Assembly: GCA_051859245.1 (NCBI GenBank)
Contig: JBHYGA010000007.1
Span: 1-64,000 of the forward strand
Length of the DNA stretch: 64,000 nucleotides
Direction: 5' to 3'
Source of the DNA: Gemmatimonadaceae bacterium
Lineage (GTDB): Bacteria; Gemmatimonadota; Gemmatimonadetes; Gemmatimonadales; Gemmatimonadaceae
Position 1 is the stretch's first letter; each line of letters begins with the position of its first letter. Positions 27,697 through 38,146 of the stretch are shown piece by piece. Made by a program: the position numbers and the translations under genes. A model generated the notes under the pieces. That model worked only from the letters and a program-made list of their open reading frames with translations. It was not told the DNA's origin and made no database searches.

Positions 27697-29142
27697 TTAG
27701 CGGTTGTCGGCCGGCGGTGCAGCGCGGCGATACGCCGGGATCGACTTCATGGTGCGTGTCTCCACTCCCAGCGGTGCGCGCTCAATGAAGCGATTGGCCT
27801 TACCTTCGCGGCGAACCAGATCAAACGCATCGTAGAGCGAACCCGTGGCGGTGCGTGCTTCGTACCGCAGCGTATCACCAGCCACGCGGATCACCTGAAA
27901 GAGCTGCGTGTTTTCAGCTTTGCGATCAATCTTTGCCTCAAAGCGCTCCCACCCACCAGGCTTGGCATCGTACATCTTGCCGCCGCTAACGGACACCACA
28001 TACACCGGGCCGGTCTCGCCCTCGCGTGCGTTGACGCCGGTTGGCACGTTCTTCACGCTTGGGCCAGTGAGGTCGGTGCGTCCACGGGCGTAGGTATGGT
28101 CGTGACCCTGCAGGACGAGATCCACGCCGAACTCTTCAAGAATGGGCTTCCATGCTTCACGCAGGGCGGCATTATCGCGCTCCGTTGCTGCTGAGAACAC
28201 CGGGTGATGAAAGGTGGCCACGGTCCAGGCGCGCGGGTTATCACGGAGTGCTTCGCGCATCCACGCGGTTTGCGACTCGCGGTCACGGTTGGAATTGAGC
28301 ACGAGGATGCGTGTGTTCTCGTAGTCCATCCAGTAGTTCGATTCTTCAAGGCCCTTCACGCCATTCTGCGGCAACGTGAACTGCGGCTTCCAGTACAGCG
28401 AAAGGCTGCTGGTGTTTTTTGCGGCTTCCTCTGCGGTCGCGGCGCGATACTCGTGATTGCCCGTGACGGGAATACTCGGAACCATCGCGTGAATGAACCC
28501 ACCGGCGTGGAACCATTCACCCCACTGCCAGTCGCTGTTGCCATCGTTCACGAGGTCGCCCGCGTGAATGATGAACCGCATGTCGGGCGCATGGCGAAAG
28601 CCTTCGCGAATCACACGTGAGAAGAGCGAGAGGATGTCATTCTGGGCATCGCCAAGATACAAAAAGCTGAAAGGCTTGTTCCGGGTGCTGCTTGCTGTAC
28701 GAAACTGGAACCACTCACTCCATCGATTGCCGTCGCCCACGCGATACGCGTACAGTGTATCGGGCTGCAGTCCGGCAAATGTCACCGAGTGAAAATGTGC
28801 GACACCGCCCTTGGTCGGTGCGTTGCGCGTATCCAGTCGTTCAGTCGCGGCGGTGTCGGTGCGCGCAATATCCGCCATTTTTGGACCTTCCGATGCGATC
28901 ACGATCTGTGCGATCGCCTTCGTAACACTGGTGTCGGTCCGCCACGTGACGCTTTGTGTTGAGGATGGATCGGCAGACCAGGTGAGTACGATGCGGTCTG
29001 GATCAGGAGAAGGTTTGTCGCGTTGACGATCAGTCGCGGCCGTCTGCGCACCCGCGCCCGCACTCGCGATCATCATGATCGCGAGTGCGGACGTGGCTGC
29101 GTGCAGTGCGGAGCGCGACACTGTGCGCATGGCTGGAAACAT
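27697..29142 (-). CDS. Purple acid phosphatase-like metallophosphoesterase with FN3 N-domain
   Basis: GDAQ, GDLV, GNHE, FHHP, GHDH motifs; signal peptide. Confidence 0.9.
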   Translation of the reverse strand: MFPAMRTVSRSALHAATSALAIMMIASAGAGAQTAATDRQRDKPSPDPDRIVLTWSADPSSTQSVTWRTDTSVTKAIAQIVIASEGPKMADIARTDTAATERLDTRNAPTKGGVAHFHSVTFAGLQPDTLYAYRVGDGNRWSEWFQFRTASSTRNKPFSFLYLGDAQNDILSLFSRVIREGFRHAPDMRFIIHAGDLVNDGNSDWQWGEWFHAGGFIHAMVPSIPVTGNHEYRAATAEEAAKNTSSLSLYWKPQFTLPQNGVKGLEESNYWMDYENTRILVLNSNRDRESQTAWMREALRDNPRAWTVATFHHPVFSAATERDNAALREAWKPILEEFGVDLVLQGHDHTYARGRTDLTGPSVKNVPTGVNAREGETGPVYVVSVSGGKMYDAKPGGWERFEAKIDRKAENTQLFQVIRVAGDTLRYEARTATGSLYDAFDLVRREGKANRFIERAPLGVETRTMKSIPAYRRAAPPADNR

Positions 29143-29173
29143 CAGTATCGACTCCAAAAGGATAGGCGAAACG

Positions 29174-32023
29174 TTAGCGCGTGGTGCGCAGACCGATCGA
29201 GAAGGTGCGGCCGGTGAGCACGTGCAGGTCGTAGCGGTCAGGAGTGCCCTGATAACGCACTTCCGGAGCGTTGCTCAGGTTGCGGCCCGTCGCGATGATT
29301 TCCCAGCGCGGGCCTCGCACCTGGTAGCGCAAGTTCAGATCATACGTCTCACGGGCGGCCGTAAACCGATCAAAGCCAACGCGCGTGTCTACCGACGAGA
29401 GGAAATCGCTACGACGGGCATACGCGAGGCGAACCTCAAACGGACCACGCTGAAAGTACGGCGTGACGTTGATGACGTTATCCGGCTGCCCGAGGAAAGG
29501 CAGCGATCCATCGCGGCCCTCGATTTCAAGCGACGACGTGATGAAGGCAACGTTGGCGTTGATGCCCAAGCCGTTCAACACGCCGGGGAGGAAGTACAGC
29601 GGCTGCGACCACGAAAGTTCAACGCCGCCGAGAGAGCCGGCATCACCGTTACGCTGTTGTGTGTACTGCAAACGGGTGAAGAACAGGCCTTCGTACGTGG
29701 TATCGCGCACCGTGGAACGGAACGTAAAGATCGGGTTGTCGATGTTCTTGTAGAAGTACGCCGCCGAGAGCGAGCCGCCGGTGCTCGGGTAGTACTCAAT
29801 CGAGGCGTCGTAGTTCTGCGACTCGTACGGCTGCAGGTCCGGATTGTTGTCGGAGACCGTGCCGTCGAATGCGTTCGGGATAGTCTGATCCGGGATGTAA
29901 TTGGCGCGCGTGAAGCTCGCCAACTGCGTAAACTGCGGACGTGCGATGGTGCCCGTGTAGGCGGCGCGCACGAGCAGATTGTTCGTCACGTCAAGTTTGA
30001 GAATCGCCGCCGGCAATACGTTCGTGTACGAGTTGTTTCGTGTTGTGCGCGCGGTCGGAAACTCGTAGCGCTGGCCGGCCGGGAGGCGGGAGTTTTCCTT
30101 GAGTTCCCAGAACTCGGCGTCCGAATCCGTGCGCTCCACACGCACACCGGTCAAGACGTTCAGCTTGCCGAACTCGGCTGAGCCCATCATGTAGCCGGCG
30201 GAGATGCGCTCGCGCACATACGCATCGCCGTCGATTGCCTGAATGGCCGAGTTGATCATGTCCTTGGGGAACGTGTCTCGCTCGAAGTTGCGATAGGCAA
30301 ACTCTGCGAAGCGATTCACCGAGCCCTGCTGGAAGGGCGTGGCGCCGCCCTGAAGTCCGCCAACGACTGGTTCGTTGTACTGGTCGAGCGTCACGCGGAT
30401 CGGGAACTGGAAACGGTCCGACGTATCATCAATATCGCGATCGCGGGAGGTCATCTTGCCGCCAAACTTCAGAAACGCAGGAAAGCGGCCAAGCTTGCCA
30501 TCCATGCGCAGGTCGCCGGAGGCGATCTGTGTATTGTCAATTACATAGCGCTCGTTGCGCGACATTCCCTGCAACGGGAAGTTTGCGGCGTTGTTGATAA
30601 ACGTGCGGTCCTCCGGCTCTACGCCGTAGAAGTACCGCGAGAAATCGAGCGACACCGGAACCTGAACGTTCGTGGCACTCGGGTTCTCGAACGTCGCGTC
30701 CACGCCACGGCCATACGACTCACCACGCGTTCCCACCGCTGACACATCGAGCGTCACATTCTTCCAGCGGCGCGTGCCGCCAAACTGAAGCGAATACAGG
30801 TCTTCGTCTTCTTCCGGGTTGCTGATGTCGAGTTCGATCGAGCTCGCGGTGTTGCGACCCACGCGTGAGTTGCCGGGGAACTGGTAGGCGCCCGTAAACG
30901 TGATTTCGAACTCGGAGTTGAGCTCTTTTTCATTCGTTCGCGTGTAGAGGCCGCGCAAAAACATGTCCGTCGACGCCGACGGACGCCAGTCAAGACTACT
31001 CGTCAAGCTGTAACGTGTACGATCGTTATCGCCCACCTGTAGTTCGAGTTCGTTGGAGACGTCGATCGAGTCCCCGGTGCTGCTGTTGCGCACACGAATC
31101 CATCCGTCGGGATCAGCAACGGCGACGGAGTTGTCGCGCTGTGAAGCACTGCCTGAAAGCACAATACCGAACGTTTCATTCGGACCGAACCGACGACCGG
31201 TTGTTACGTCCAACTCGTACGGCTGCTTCTGCGGGCCGTAGTCCACCTGCCGGCTGGTGAACAGACCTTCAGCAATGCCAAAGAAGAACGGACGTGGACG
31301 GTCAAACGCAGACAGCGTTCGCAGGTTCACGGTACCGCCGATCGTGTTGGCGTCCATGTCAGGCGTCACGGCCTTGATGACTTCAATATTGGACACCATG
31401 GATGCCGGCAGCAGATCGAGCGTCTGCGAACGATCCGATGATGTGGTCGCCATCTGCTGGCCATTCAGCGTGACGTTGTTCAGGTTCGGCGCGATGCCGC
31501 GAATGGAAACGGTGGTTCCTTCACCGCGACTGGTCTCAACGTAGACGCCTGAAATACGCTGCACCGCTTCCGCCACGTTCTGGTCGGGCAACAACCCGAT
31601 TTCGTCGCCGGATGTGACATCGCTGATGGTTGCCGAGCGCCGCTTCTGTTCCGCAGAACGAATCTGGCCGCCGCGCTCACCCGTGACGGTGATACCGGTG
31701 AGTTCGACAACGGACAACTCGGCGGCGATCGAAAGCGTGACGGTTTCACCGGCGACAACAGTCACGGTGCGCTCAATCGGTTTCTTGCCGATGGAACGAA
31801 TCGTAATGCGCTGCGTACCAGCGGGAACGGCTGGTAAACGGAACACACCCTCGCGGTCCGTCGATGTGGTGAGGCTTGTCCCGAGAACCGCAACCGCGGC
31901 CGCGCCGAGCGGGTTGCCGTCTGGACCGGTAACGCGTCCTGTCACGACGCCGGTGGATTGCGCAGCAAGTGTGAGCGGGCTGACTGCGAGCAGCAGCGAG
32001 AGGAACCAACGGACGGTAGGCAT
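29174..32023 (-). CDS. TonB-dependent receptor with carboxypeptidase regulatory-like N-domain
   Basis: Signal peptide, GVVTGRVT, LPDQNVAEAVQRISG plug, IEVIKAVTPDMDA, GRTFSIGLR C-terminus. Confidence 0.92.
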   Translation of the reverse strand: MPTVRWFLSLLLAVSPLTLAAQSTGVVTGRVTGPDGNPLGAAAVAVLGTSLTTSTDREGVFRLPAVPAGTQRITIRSIGKKPIERTVTVVAGETVTLSIAAELSVVELTGITVTGERGGQIRSAEQKRRSATISDVTSGDEIGLLPDQNVAEAVQRISGVYVETSRGEGTTVSIRGIAPNLNNVTLNGQQMATTSSDRSQTLDLLPASMVSNIEVIKAVTPDMDANTIGGTVNLRTLSAFDRPRPFFFGIAEGLFTSRQVDYGPQKQPYELDVTTGRRFGPNETFGIVLSGSASQRDNSVAVADPDGWIRVRNSSTGDSIDVSNELELQVGDNDRTRYSLTSSLDWRPSASTDMFLRGLYTRTNEKELNSEFEITFTGAYQFPGNSRVGRNTASSIELDISNPEEDEDLYSLQFGGTRRWKNVTLDVSAVGTRGESYGRGVDATFENPSATNVQVPVSLDFSRYFYGVEPEDRTFINNAANFPLQGMSRNERYVIDNTQIASGDLRMDGKLGRFPAFLKFGGKMTSRDRDIDDTSDRFQFPIRVTLDQYNEPVVGGLQGGATPFQQGSVNRFAEFAYRNFERDTFPKDMINSAIQAIDGDAYVRERISAGYMMGSAEFGKLNVLTGVRVERTDSDAEFWELKENSRLPAGQRYEFPTARTTRNNSYTNVLPAAILKLDVTNNLLVRAAYTGTIARPQFTQLASFTRANYIPDQTIPNAFDGTVSDNNPDLQPYESQNYDASIEYYPSTGGSLSAAYFYKNIDNPIFTFRSTVRDTTYEGLFFTRLQYTQQRNGDAGSLGGVELSWSQPLYFLPGVLNGLGINANVAFITSSLEIEGRDGSLPFLGQPDNVINVTPYFQRGPFEVRLAYARRSDFLSSVDTRVGFDRFTAARETYDLNLRYQVRGPRWEIIATGRNLSNAPEVRYQGTPDRYDLHVLTGRTFSIGLRTTR

Positions 32024-32193
32024 GAGAACTCCGGAGAGGGAAGAGGGAACCCTCCGAAGTTCGCGCGATCAGGCGACGAATCGACCTGTCTACTGTATCG
32101 CTCGCATGACGCTGTCGTCACGAACGCGGTGACCGCGCCAGCGCGTGATCGACTGTTCGTTCGCCTCAAGTAGTGTGTGTGAGCGGTGGCCGC

Positions 32194-32862
32194 TCAATCC
32201 AGGCGAATGAATCCTCGTCGAAGTGCGGTGGTCACCGCCTCTGTGCGATCGTGTACATCAAGTTTCTGCAGAATGTTCTTGAGGTGAACCTTCACGGTGC
32301 CTTCGGTTCGCCCGATACGCGTCGCGACTTCTGCGTTGCTGAGACCATCAGCAACCAGTCGCAAGACTTCCAACTCGCGAGGCGTGAGACCAACACGCGG
32401 CGTATGTTCGGCTAAACGCGCGGCCACTGGCGCTGGAATGCCGCGCAGTCCGCGATGCACCGTGCGCACAACGCCGAGCAAGTCGGTGCGCAGCATGTCC
32501 TTGAGCAGATAACCACGCGCTCCGGCGGAAAGCGCTCGATGAATGTCTTCGTCACCGTCGTACGTGGTGAGGACAATGATGCGGGCGTTGGGATCCTCCG
32601 CAAGGATCGCGCGCGTGGCCGCCAGTCCGTCCATGACCGGCATCCGCAGGTCCATCAGCACGATGTCGGGTCTCAAGCGTGAGTAGGCTTCGATCGCCTC
32701 CTCGCCATTCGACGCTTCGGCGACAACTTGCAGGTCGCTCTCCGCGCGCAGCACGGCGGACAGTCCGTCGCGGATCAACGGATGGTCATCGGCGGTCAGC
32801 ACCGTAATGGAAGCAGCCGAAGGATCGGTCACGATTGAATGATATTCCCAGGTCTCGGACAC
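32194..32862 (-). CDS. NarL/LuxR family response regulator; start may be 32832
   Basis: ADDHPL, LMDLRMP, GYLLK, LTPRELEVL HTH. Confidence 0.93.
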   Translation of the reverse strand: MSETWEYHSIVTDPSAASITVLTADDHPLIRDGLSAVLRAESDLQVVAEASNGEEAIEAYSRLRPDIVLMDLRMPVMDGLAATRAILAEDPNARIIVLTTYDGDEDIHRALSAGARGYLLKDMLRTDLLGVVRTVHRGLRGIPAPVAARLAEHTPRVGLTPRELEVLRLVADGLSNAEVATRIGRTEGTVKVHLKNILQKLDVHDRTEAVTTALRRGFIRLD

Positions 32863-32902
32863 GGAATCCCTATTTCTAGGTATTCGCCTTGGCTGCGTTG
32901 GA

Positions 32903-35900
32903 GTGCATGATATTGTCGTGCCAGGACTGAGGATTTTTTGGCCGCTCCATTGCCCGTGGCGACGCGCGCGACCGCTCGCGGCGATTGGTGTGTGTGCATT
33001 TGCCAGCGTCGGCAGCGCGAGCGCTCAGTCGCAGACACCACCTCCACTACCGCTGGCACAGTATCACCATCAGTCCTGGAGTGAGCTTGAAGGCCTGAAG
33101 CCTGCGGTTCGTGAGCGTCTGCTGCGCAGCCCCGATGGATATCTCTGGCTGAGTGGTCCCGACGCGTTGGTTCGATTCGACGGCGTTCGCTTTACGAGCT
33201 TCGATGGAGCCACCACGCCCGAGCTTGCCAGCCCCGTGTCGGGATCGGTGTCGCCGCTGTTGGTCGCTCGCGATGGTGCAATGTGGATCTCGCGGCCTGA
33301 CGGTGCACTGGTCCAGTATCGTGACGGACGATTTCGCGAAGTCGTGAAGGCTCGAGGCGCCGGGTGGAGCGCCACATACATCGCCGAAGATCGTTCGGGC
33401 AACATCTGGGTCATGGTCTCCGCGCCGCACGGCTTGCACACGGTGTCAGGAGATTCGCTCGTGCCGGCGAACACGCCACCCGAGCTTCGACGCGCAGACA
33501 TGGGTGGTGTCATCGCCGATCGCGGCGACGGCGTGTGGTTCGGAATGCGAGACTTGCGCCTGGCGTATCTCTCGTCTCGCGGAGTAAAAGTCTTCTCGCC
33601 GCCGAGCACCGTCGGTATCGCGCGAGTGACACCGCTGCTGCAGTCAAGTGATGGAGCCGTGTGGGTGTTTGGTGACGGATTGCAGGTCCTGCGCGATGGC
33701 ACGTGGACCACCGTGTGGAGACCCGACGGAAGTCGCATCTTGCCCACGAGCGCTGCAGAAGATGCGAGCGGCGCCGTGTGGGTTGGTACACGTGGGCATG
33801 GCGTGTTGCGATTCCGGGGAGCCCTGCAGGAGCAGTTCTCAGAGGCGCACGCACTATCGGATGCGATGGTGCGAGCGATTCTCCCCGACGTCGAAGGCAA
33901 CCGTTGGCTGCTCACCGATGCCGGACTGGATCGTCTGCGCGAGGCGCCGTTTTCTTCCGTGGGCACCGCGCAAGGCATGCCAATCGAATCACCGCATTGG
34001 CTGGGTCTGGACTCGTTCGGCGCACTCTGGATGCGTACGTACCTGGAACCTGCGCTGTACGTCGTCAGCGGAGGTGCGGTGCGCGGCGAATCCGGATTGG
34101 TCACCTCTACGGTGCTGCCGGGGAGCGCGTCGCGGCGCTACGTCATTCACACTCGCGCACGCGAGGGGGGATTCTGGGTCTCCACGGAAGGGGCGTCACT
34201 CTGGCGGGCGACGCTCGGCGGTGTCTTTCCGGCTGGTCGAGGTGGAGGCCAGGCGGCGACTGCACCGTACGCCGTGCTGGAGGATGGCGCGGGCGCGCTG
34301 TGGGTCACCGATAGACGCTTGGGATTGACCCGGCGGTTTCGCGCAACGGAGACGCACTTCACACCTGCCGGCAACATTGCCGCGATGCCACCCCGCGTGC
34401 TGTTTGAGGACGACGTTGGCCGTGTTGTCGTATCGACACCGAGCGATACGAGCCTGCTTTACCTTCGCGGTGATTCGCTACTCCGACGCATCGGCCGCGC
34501 CAACGGCTTGCGCTGGCCGCTGCAACACGCGGTGAGCGACGGCAACGACACGCTGTGGGGCCACGCCGGTGACGGCGGGCTGATCCGAGTGATTGGTAGC
34601 TCGGTCACTCGCATCGACCATCCCGAGCTGAGTGCACTGCTCAAATCGAACAGCATCGCGATGCTCGCGGTCGGTGAGCGCTTCTTTATTGCGAGCACCT
34701 CCGGAATTACGAGTGTCCCACGTGCGGCGCTGCACCGAGCGGCCGATGGTCGGGGGCCATTGCCCACGTTGCGACGCTATTCGTCGCCTGATGGAGTGCG
34801 TTCCGGACGACTGACGACAATGAATCGAAGTCCTGCGGTCGTCTCAAGCGATGGACGTGTTTGGTTCAGTACGCCTGGCGGGCTCGTTGTCTTCGATGAG
34901 CGTTACGACGTGCCGAACCGGATCGCACCACACGTTCACATCGAAGAGCTGTTGGCGAACGGCGAGCGACTTGCCCTCGATTCGCTGGTACGCGTACCCG
35001 CGGGCAGTGCACCACTTGAGATTCGATTTACGGCGACCGCGCTGCGTATGCCGGAGCGTGCCAGGCTGGAGTTTCGTATGGACGGTGTCGATCCACAGTG
35101 GCGTACCGCTGACGCGACACGTCGCGTAACCTATCCACAGCTGCGCCCCAGGACGTACACCTTTCGAGTTCGTGCCTGGAACGAGGATGGTGTAGCCGCA
35201 GGCAAGGAAGCCTTTGTGCGACTGCGTGTGCTGCCGCTCTGGTTTCAGTCATCGTGGTTTCTCGTCTCAGCTGCGATCGCCGGGTTGGTGGCTATTGTGT
35301 TTGTGGTTGCGTTCACGCTGCGTGACAAACAACGACGTGCTGCAGAGAGGCTGGCGGCACGGTTCGAAGCGACACTCACCGAACGCACGCGCGTCGCGGG
35401 CGAACTACACGACACCTTGTTGCAGGGCTTCACGGGCATCACGCTGCAACTGCAGGCGCTACGCAGCCGGATGGTGAGCGCCCCCGATCAGGCCGAGCGC
35501 GAACTCGGTCGCGTACTGACGGTCGCTGACCACACGTTGCGTGAGGCGCGATCGATGGTGTGGGATATGCGGGCGCCAGAGCTCGATGGGCAAGACGTGG
35601 CTGCCGCGCTCGAAAACGCGACGCGTGAGGCTCACGCGGCACACCGACTCGGTGGCGGCGCGCCGGTGGAGTTACAGGTCACAATACGTGGGGCACGGAG
35701 GCGTGTCTCGCCCACCTCCGAAACAACGGCGCTCCGGATCGGCCGTGAGGCGGTCACGAATGCGCTGCGACACGCTCGGGCAACGCGTATTGATGTGCAA
35801 ATCGACTTTGACGCAGAGTCGTTGCGCGTGAGCGTCGTGGACAACGGCATGGGCTTCGACGTGGCGGAGTCGCAACCGGCAGCAGGCGTCGGACACTGGG

Positions 35901-36007
35901 GATTGATCGGCATGCAGGAACGCGCTCGACGCGCCTCAGGCTCCGTGAGCGTCACGAGCAGTGTTGGCGCGGGCACTTCCGTCGACGTGCGATTGCCCGT
36001 CAGCTGA
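32903..36007 (+). CDS. Sensor histidine kinase (beta-propeller, Y_Y_Y, HisKA_3); start uncertain
   Basis: Repeated EDxxGxxW propeller units, YTFRVRAWN, ERTRVAGELHDTLLQG, EAVTNALRH, DNGMGF, GLIGMQER. Confidence 0.9.
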   Translation: MHDIVVPGLRIFWPLHCPWRRARPLAAIGVCAFASVGSASAQSQTPPPLPLAQYHHQSWSELEGLKPAVRERLLRSPDGYLWLSGPDALVRFDGVRFTSFDGATTPELASPVSGSVSPLLVARDGAMWISRPDGALVQYRDGRFREVVKARGAGWSATYIAEDRSGNIWVMVSAPHGLHTVSGDSLVPANTPPELRRADMGGVIADRGDGVWFGMRDLRLAYLSSRGVKVFSPPSTVGIARVTPLLQSSDGAVWVFGDGLQVLRDGTWTTVWRPDGSRILPTSAAEDASGAVWVGTRGHGVLRFRGALQEQFSEAHALSDAMVRAILPDVEGNRWLLTDAGLDRLREAPFSSVGTAQGMPIESPHWLGLDSFGALWMRTYLEPALYVVSGGAVRGESGLVTSTVLPGSASRRYVIHTRAREGGFWVSTEGASLWRATLGGVFPAGRGGGQAATAPYAVLEDGAGALWVTDRRLGLTRRFRATETHFTPAGNIAAMPPRVLFEDDVGRVVVSTPSDTSLLYLRGDSLLRRIGRANGLRWPLQHAVSDGNDTLWGHAGDGGLIRVIGSSVTRIDHPELSALLKSNSIAMLAVGERFFIASTSGITSVPRAALHRAADGRGPLPTLRRYSSPDGVRSGRLTTMNRSPAVVSSDGRVWFSTPGGLVVFDERYDVPNRIAPHVHIEELLANGERLALDSLVRVPAGSAPLEIRFTATALRMPERARLEFRMDGVDPQWRTADATRRVTYPQLRPRTYTFRVRAWNEDGVAAGKEAFVRLRVLPLWFQSSWFLVSAAIAGLVAIVFVVAFTLRDKQRRAAERLAARFEATLTERTRVAGELHDTLLQGFTGITLQLQALRSRMVSAPDQAERELGRVLTVADHTLREARSMVWDMRAPELDGQDVAAALENATREAHAAHRLGGGAPVELQVTIRGARRRVSPTSETTALRIGREAVTNALRHARATRIDVQIDFDAESLRVSVVDNGMGFDVAESQPAAGVGHWGLIGMQERARRASGSVSVTSSVGAGTSVDVRLPVS

Positions 36008-36166
36008 GTGGCAGCTGTAACCCTTTGTTTCGACCGAGCGGATCACGGGCACGTCGAAGACCAGTGCCGCTTTGGCCAACGTGATGTTTGCATCGATGAT
36101 CGCGTGCCGGTCCGAACCCGCGACACCAAAGAGCATCTGTGGCTGGATGTCGATGAGCAGTCCCTT
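36008..36166 (-). pseudogene. Remnant of a YcaC-like isochorismatase family hydrolase
   Basis: LLIDIQPQMLFGV...LAKAALVFDVPVI.SVETKGYS matches the YcaC N-terminus; in-frame TAA upstream, similarity ends at the kinase 3' end. Confidence 0.7.
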
Positions 36167-36444
36167 TTAGCTGAGAGTCGGTCACGGCGTTGTCATTGAT
36201 GTGTGCATCATGCGGTGCAACGCATCATGCGGTGCGGAGTGCACGCACAAGCGGTGGTCGTCTGGCGCGCACAGCATCTGGAGATCGGAGACTCTTTGCC
36301 TAACCCGTTCGAGGCACTTGAGTCGACCCTACCGAATCCGGTGTAGCGGAAGACTCCCCGACGGTCAGATGTGTGCACGTGATAGCGGGCGTATCGTGGC
36401 CGCACACGTTGGTTTCACGCCTCACGCCGCACGCAGGAGCGCAC

Positions 36445-37290
36445 ATGAGTCACACGGTGGAGCACACATCAGGCAGTTTGATCACCATGAGAGACGGCAC
36501 GCAGATCTACTACAAGGACTGGGGTGCAGGTCAACCCGTCGTCTTCTGTCACGGCTGGCCACTGAACTCGGATAGCTGGGAAGCCCAGATGTTGTTCATC
36601 GCGAGTCACGGATTTCGAGCGATTGCGCACGACCGACGCGGTCACGGCCGATCCTCGCAGCCATGGCACGGTAACGAGATGGACACCTATGCCGACGACC
36701 TCGCGCAGGTGCTTGATACGCTCGACGTGCGCGATGCGGTGTTGGTCGGCTTCTCCACGGGCGGCGGTGAGGTCGCGCGGTACATCGGACGTCACGGAAC
36801 CTCGCGCGTTGCGAAGGTGGTGCTCGTAAGTGCGGTGCCGCCGCTGATGCTGCAGACCGCAGCGAATCCCGGTGGTCTTCCGATTGCTGTGTTCGACGGT
36901 ATCCGCGCTGGCGTGACAGCGGATCGCAGTCAGTTCTACAAAGACGTCAGTGCGGCCTTCTACGGAGCGAATCGAACGGAAACGCGCGCCACGCAGGGCA
37001 TGCGCGACGCATTCTGGCTCCAGGGAATGCAGTCGGGGCACAAGGCGCAGCTCGACTGCATCAAGGCCTTCTCCGAAACCGATTTCACTGAAGACCTGAA
37101 GCGGTTCGATGTGCCCACACTGATCATTCACGGTGACGACGATCAGATCGTGCCGATCGGTGCCGCTGCGCTCAAAAGTGCGCAGCTCGTGAAGCACGCG
37201 ACACTCAAAGTGTACGCTGGTGCACCGCACGGAATCACGGACACGCACAAAAACGAACTCTGTCAGGATTTGCTCGAGTTCTTGCGCTGA
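36445..37290 (+). CDS. cpo: Non-heme chloroperoxidase / perhydrolase (alpha/beta hydrolase)
   Basis: [45 protein letters not shown] aggag. Confidence 0.9.
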   Translation: MSHTVEHTSGSLITMRDGTQIYYKDWGAGQPVVFCHGWPLNSDSWEAQMLFIASHGFRAIAHDRRGHGRSSQPWHGNEMDTYADDLAQVLDTLDVRDAVLVGFSTGGGEVARYIGRHGTSRVAKVVLVSAVPPLMLQTAANPGGLPIAVFDGIRAGVTADRSQFYKDVSAAFYGANRTETRATQGMRDAFWLQGMQSGHKAQLDCIKAFSETDFTEDLKRFDVPTLIIHGDDDQIVPIGAAALKSAQLVKHATLKVYAGAPHGITDTHKNELCQDLLEFLR

Positions 37291-37346
37291 GCAGGTAGAT
37301 GTTGGAAACGAGGCACATCCTGCAACTTCAATTCACGAGGCTTCAA

Positions 37347-38144
37347 ATGTCGAATAGCATCCTGGCTCGAGTTGTGCTCATCGCTGCTGTGCTCGTAACG
37401 GCCACGTCCGCACACGCACAACCCTCGGCTCGCAGCAACTCTACGCAATCCAACTCGGCAAAACCTTCAATCGTACTCGTGCACGGCGCGTTCGCTGACG
37501 CGTCAGGTTGGGAGCCCGTCATTCGGATCCTGCAGAGCAAAGGATACAACGTCACGGCGGTACAGAATCCATTGAGTGCGTACGCCGCCGACATCGAGAC
37601 AACAAAACGCGTACTCGACGCACAATCAGGTCCTATCGTTGCAGTGGGGCATTCGTATGGCGGCGCGGTGATCACAGGCGCGGCAGCCGGCAATGCAAAC
37701 GTGAAAGCACTCGTGTATGTCGCCGCATTTGCGAACGACGCGAACGAACCGATCGGCGCATTCATTGAAAAGTATCCCTCGCTGCTCGGGCACGCGTTGC
37801 GTCCCGACGCCGCCGGCTTCGTAACGATTGACCGCGCACAGTTCCACGACGTCTTTGCCAAGGACCTGCCGCGCGCGCAGACCAGCGTGATGGCCGCCAC
37901 ACAGAAGCCGGTAATCGGTTCCGGATTCGGTGCCTCAACCCCCGTAGCCGCGTGGCGCACAAAGCCTTCGTGGTACGTCGTTGCTCAGGAGGACAACGTG
38001 ATCAATCCCGAGCTCTCACGTTTCTACGCCAAGCGTATGGGTGCAACCATCACCGAGATCAAATCAAGCCATGTGGTATTCATCTCGCACGCGAGAGAAG
38101 TGGCGGCGGTGATTGAGGAAGCCGCTGCGGCGGCGCAGCGTTGA
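37347..38144 (+). CDS. Secreted alpha/beta hydrolase
   Basis: Signal peptide, LVHGAFAD, GHSYGG, SSH. Confidence 0.88.
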   Translation: MSNSILARVVLIAAVLVTATSAHAQPSARSNSTQSNSAKPSIVLVHGAFADASGWEPVIRILQSKGYNVTAVQNPLSAYAADIETTKRVLDAQSGPIVAVGHSYGGAVITGAAAGNANVKALVYVAAFANDANEPIGAFIEKYPSLLGHALRPDAAGFVTIDRAQFHDVFAKDLPRAQTSVMAATQKPVIGSGFGASTPVAAWRTKPSWYVVAQEDNVINPELSRFYAKRMGATITEIKSSHVVFISHAREVAAVIEEAAAAAQR

Positions 38145-38146
38145 TC

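Noticed and set aside
29075..30181. 368-aa ORF antisense to the TonB receptor, and many similar 100-380 aa overlapping ORFs
   Set aside because: Arg-rich, no recognisable domains, fully explained by the real gene on the other strand
32100..32150. Possible Pho box upstream of the TonB receptor
   Set aside because: gtcac/gtcat half-sites are not at a clean 11-bp spacing
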